Shown here: positions 6,887 to 9,239 of the stretch, piece by piece
Position numbering within the stretch: position 1 is the stretch's first letter
Layout of the letters: the number at the start of each line of letters is the position of its first letter
IMG/VR virus record: IMGVR_UViG_2657245112_000034
DNA length: 9,239 nucleotides
From: a virus
Lineage: Duplodnaviria; Heunggongvirae; Uroviricota; Caudoviricetes
Strand: one strand, 5' to 3'
The notes under the pieces: generated by a model
Database searches by the model: none
What the model was told of the DNA's origin: nothing
Seen by the model: only the letters and a program-made list of their open reading frames with translations
Program-made: the position numbers and the translations under genes

Positions 6887-7100
6887 TGAATACTGGTGAA
6901 TACTGGTGAATATTGGTGAGGAGAAAAGATCCAGTAATAAACTGAAATAAATATCGCGACTTATATGAAAAAGAAATATATGTTTAATTTTATCTCTGTG
7001 AACAGTCATGAACAGTAGATGATCACTTTAATTAAAACACTACACCACTTAACCACATGTATTTACTATATTTTTATTGAAGTGAACAGTAGTGAATAGT
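6887..7100 (+). repeat. ori-like cluster of alpha-iteron-like octamers, including three tandem 10-bp units
   Basis: TGAATACTGG x2 and TGAATATTGG (6887-6916) give GGTGAATA at 6895 and 6905; GTGAACA at 6998 and 7082, ATGAACA at 7008, GTGAATA at 7092; all same orientation, paired at 10-bp spacing; about 4.5 kb from the crr-like patch. Confidence 0.45.
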
Positions 7101-7165
7101 ATGTATTAAAGGAAGCGTGTAGATCAGACATGACACCTTTCTCTGGCTAGCCAGAACAAGGTCAT

Positions 7166-7183
7166 TGTTCAGTCACTGACACA
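7166..7183 (+). promoter_or_regulatory. P_sid-like late promoter activator site, TGT-N12-ACA dyad
   Basis: TGTTCAGTCACTGACACA has an internal palindrome CAGTcACTG; centre is about 81 bp upstream of the sid-like ATG; weak -10-like CACAAT at 7218-7223 and no clear -35, as expected for Ogr/Delta-dependent P2/P4 late promoters. Confidence 0.4.
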
Positions 7184-7255
7184 ATCCTCCTCGGTAGTGC
7201 GCTTGTATGGACCCCGGCACAATTGACACAACAACAAAACACTACCGGAGCAGTC

Positions 7256-8008
7256 ATGACTACTGTTAACCAGATCCCTGATGCAAACATTACACCCTCC
7301 CTCCCACCGAAAATTCGCGAAGCGGTGGATAAAGTTAAGGCAGCAAAAGCTGTCTGGCAGGAAGAACGACGAAAACAAACTGAAGCTGCTGCAATGATTG
7401 AAACTATCCGTAAACGTCAGGAAGATACAAAAACGGAAACGCAGGCGCTTAATGATGAATGGCGAAACCTGTTTCGTGAGAATCAGGGAAATATGACGCC
7501 ACGCATGAAAAAACTGCGGGCAGAAATCGCCCTCGGACGCGAAACACTGGATGAGTTCGAAGATTTGCTGGCAGCTCAGGCGGCAGAAAATGAATTCCTG
7601 CCCTGGAAAACTGCGGATGCTGCAAACCACTACATCAGCGAACATAATCGCCTGATTGAAACTCATGCAGTGTGGCTCTGGAATGAGTTTATGAAGGAAC
7701 ACGGTCAGAAACTTATTCAGATCCTTGGACTGCTGAAAATGACTCTGGGCCGAAGCGCTTCTGCTGTTATCGGTGTAGTTCATACCGTAAACGACCCCGA
7801 AAGTGTGCTGAAGCAATTTATCAGCGAGCAACTCACCACTCCGGCACTGTCCTGTAACGTATCTTCAACCGATGATATTACCCTGCCGGGGATCAGCATT
7901 TATGCGGACGATAAAGCCATCCAGGATGCCAGACAATCCCCCAGCCCTGCAGCGCGTTCACGGATGCTTAAACAGCGTGACATGGTTAAAGGGGGCGAGA
8001 AGAAATGA
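7256..8008 (+). CDS. Sid-like protein by position (alpha-helical, coiled-coil-rich), 250 aa
   Basis: ATG at 7256 with GGAG 5 nt upstream (ORF track starts at TTG 7223); first gene after the late promoter; heptad-like charged helices (WQEERRKQTEAAAMIETIRKRQEDTKTE...). Assignment is by synteny, not recognised sequence. Confidence 0.6.
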   Translation: MTTVNQIPDANITPSLPPKIREAVDKVKAAKAVWQEERRKQTEAAAMIETIRKRQEDTKTETQALNDEWRNLFRENQGNMTPRMKKLRAEIALGRETLDEFEDLLAAQAAENEFLPWKTADAANHYISEHNRLIETHAVWLWNEFMKEHGQKLIQILGLLKMTLGRSASAVIGVVHTVNDPESVLKQFISEQLTTPALSCNVSSTDDITLPGISIYADDKAIQDARQSPSPAARSRMLKQRDMVKGGEKK

Positions 8009-8559
8009 ATGCCGGAACCATTACTCAGGAAGCACTCAACGATTACCGCTCGGCGATAAAAAGCTGGCTGACACTACGTAATACGCAAAGTACCTACCAG
8101 CTTCGTCTGGCGGCTCTGCTGGATACTGAAGAAAAACCGGCAGCATATGCCAGCCAGCTTGAGGATCTTCGTGAGCGTCTTGCAGTCCTCGAATGGCAGA
8201 TTAACTGTGCTGCACGGGATGGTCTTTATGCTCATCAGATTGTGCTGGAGAGTTGTGTTACAAGCGCAACGGAAAACTTCATGAGCGAGCATGGTGATGC
8301 ACTCACTGACGCTCTGGCTCCTTTTCTTTGCGCTCCATACGGGCTTGAGGCGGCAATGAAAATATTACGAACCGCTGTAGCCCGACAAACGGAAATGCGT
8401 ACTCCGGTAATTTCAGCAGCATATAAGAGCATTATCGACGAAACCGGATTAACGGTGGATGCATCAATGCGCGCTGATGCTTCAGCCAGTTTCACCCCGG
8501 CACAACATAAAGTTTTCCTGGCCCGCCTTAACCGACTTAATGAAAAAGGAGTGTGCTGA
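8005..8559 (+). CDS. psu: Psu-like protein (polarity suppression / capsid decoration), 184 aa
   Basis: Start overlaps the sid-like stop in ATGA (8005-8008); segments SWLTLRN, LEWQINCAA, DALAPFL and FTPAQ agree with my recollection of P4 Psu; predicted all-helical. Confidence 0.6.
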   Translation: MNAGTITQEALNDYRSAIKSWLTLRNTQSTYQLRLAALLDTEEKPAAYASQLEDLRERLAVLEWQINCAARDGLYAHQIVLESCVTSATENFMSEHGDALTDALAPFLCAPYGLEAAMKILRTAVARQTEMRTPVISAAYKSIIDETGLTVDASMRADASASFTPAQHKVFLARLNRLNEKGVC

Positions 8560-8560
8560 T

Positions 8561-8833
8561 ATGGCCCTGAAGTGTCCTGAATGTGGCGCGGTCGCTCACG
8601 CCAGAACCAGCGCCTATGAAGCTCCGTCGGTTAAACGCTCATGGTATCAGTGCCAGAATCTGGAATGTTCCTGCACATTTACCGCACTGGAAAGCGTGGA
8701 TACGATAATTATGAAGCCTCGGTGCAATGAACAGGAATCAGACAAAGCAAAAATACCGGAAAAACAACAGCAAACTCTCAATCGCTATGGCTCCGCGTCA
8801 AAGCTGTCAAACCGTCAGCAAATTCCTGTCTGA
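8561..8833 (+). CDS. Ogr/Delta-family zinc-finger late transcription activator, single domain, 90 aa
   Basis: ATG at 8561 with AAGGAG upstream (the ORF-track start at 8459 overlaps psu and is rejected); CPECGAVAHARTS...QCQNLECSCTF matches the P2 Ogr Cys4 signature. Confidence 0.85.
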   Translation: MALKCPECGAVAHARTSAYEAPSVKRSWYQCQNLECSCTFTALESVDTIIMKPRCNEQESDKAKIPEKQQQTLNRYGSASKLSNRQQIPV

Positions 8834-8854
8834 TTAGCAAAATACGACCACGAA

Positions 8855-8880
8855 GTCCCGGTCCAGTACCGGGATTTTTT
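8855..8880 (+). terminator. Rho-independent terminator of the late operon
   Basis: gtcccgg (8855-8861), loop tccagta, ccgggat (8869-8875, one G-U pair), then T6 at 8875-8880, about 20 nt after the stop. Confidence 0.7.
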
Positions 8881-8924
8881 ACGCCTTTTTCCTGGCTGGC
8901 CTGAGAGCGTATGAGTGCATATCT

Positions 8925-8959
8925 ATGGCGCATGAAAACGCATGAGTCTCATGCGCCAT
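8925..8959. repeat. Perfect 11-bp inverted repeat atggcgcatga / tcatgcgccat with 13-nt spacer, followed by TTTT
   Basis: Read directly; the spacer also carries gcatgaaaac, which recurs at 9011-9020. Confidence 0.3.
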
Positions 8960-9036
8960 TTTTGACGCGAAAGCCCTTGTGTGGTGGCTTCTGAGACGAT
9001 TTACGGGGTGCATGAAAACCAGTCTGTTAAGCGAAG

Positions 9037-9062
9037 CGGGCAGGCGGGCGGGGCATTGCGCG
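9037..9062. other. Degenerate cos-like G-rich motif (very tentative)
   Basis: cgggcaggcgggcggggcattgcgcg loosely resembles the P2/P4 cohesive-end sequence GGCGAGGCGGGGAAAGCAC as I recall it, but only with indels. Confidence 0.15.
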
Positions 9063-9142
9063 CAGGAATGTGTATACCGTTTTAGTAATGATCGCTGACA
9101 TCTCACTTTTAAGTAAGCGACTCGTCAGAACCGTATTGATAT

Positions 9143-9239
9143 TTACTGAGAGCTCAGATCAACTTTCCAGGGCAACAGATCGCGTACCCGGTTTGCCGGC
9201 CAGTCCTGGATATGTTCAATGACGTAACGCAGCCACTTT
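9143..9239 (-). CDS. 3' end of a minus-strand gene entering from the right edge (C-terminus ...KWLRYVIEHIQDWPANRVRDLLPWKVDLSSQ); identity unknown
   Basis: Hand translation of the minus strand gives an open frame from the window edge to TAA (forward tta 9143-9145); absent from the ORF track because it is truncated. Lies just past the cos-like region where P4-like elements carry variable cargo. Confidence 0.4.
   Translation of the reverse strand, partial: KWLRYVIEHIQDWPANRVRDLLPWKVDLSSQ

Noticed and set aside
6887-6916. Tandem 10-bp repeats considered as a possible CRISPR or microsatellite
   Set aside because: Units are contiguous with no spacers and far too short for CRISPR; they match the alpha-iteron motif, so they are treated as origin iterons.
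7204-7221. Second TGT-N12-ACA match
   Set aside because: Centred only about 43 bp from the sid-like ATG, too close for a -55 activator site, and the pattern is expected by chance a few times in 9 kb.
7223-7255. TTG-initiated 11-codon extension of the sid-like gene
   Set aside because: The in-frame ATG at 7256 has a GGAG RBS at ideal spacing; the TTG start has none.
7169-7831. 220-aa minus-strand ORF
   Set aside because: Antisense to the sid-like gene, Cys/Phe-rich, no RBS, and would run through the divergent late-promoter region.
7872-8495. Three ORFs overlapping the sid-like and psu-like genes (7872..8081 plus, 8074..8292 minus, 8235..8495 minus)
   Set aside because: Out-of-frame or antisense overlaps with better-supported genes; no RBS; implausible composition.
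8459-8560. Upstream extension of the Ogr-like ORF
   Set aside because: Overlaps the psu-like gene in another frame; the ATG at 8561 has AAGGAG upstream and begins directly at the conserved zinc-finger motif.
8879-9106. 75-aa minus-strand ORF
   Set aside because: Arg/His-rich, no RBS, spans the terminator and the inverted-repeat/cos-like region.

Overview
Most of this window (about 2270 to 9100) is the conserved core of a P4-family phage satellite prophage, read by eye from the ORF translations and the DNA; no database search was run. Running left to right inside the element: an att-like 21-bp fragment resembling the 3' end of tRNA-Leu (leuX), a crr-like iteron patch, the alpha primase-helicase gene (minus strand, 777 aa), three small early-left-operon genes, an RNA-based immunity-like region with two direct repeats and one complementary element, a Vis/AlpA-family gene, an 880-bp AT-rich control region with tandem alpha-iteron-like octamers (ori-like) and a TGT-N12-ACA dyad, then a rightward late operon (Sid-like, Psu-like, single-domain Ogr/Delta zinc finger), a strong terminator and a cos-like region. 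A minus-strand gene enters from the right edge where P4-like elements carry variable cargo. Left of the att fragment lies non-satellite DNA: an IS3-family (IS911-like) end with the start of its OrfA transposase, and two visibly AT-rich convergent genes (190 aa and 274 aa) that I cannot place in any family. The satellite core is a known type of element, so the best candidates for something undescribed are that two-gene module, this element's particular immunity-RNA arrangement, and the truncated cargo gene at the right edge. All functional assignments rest on motif recognition and synteny and need homology and structure searches.
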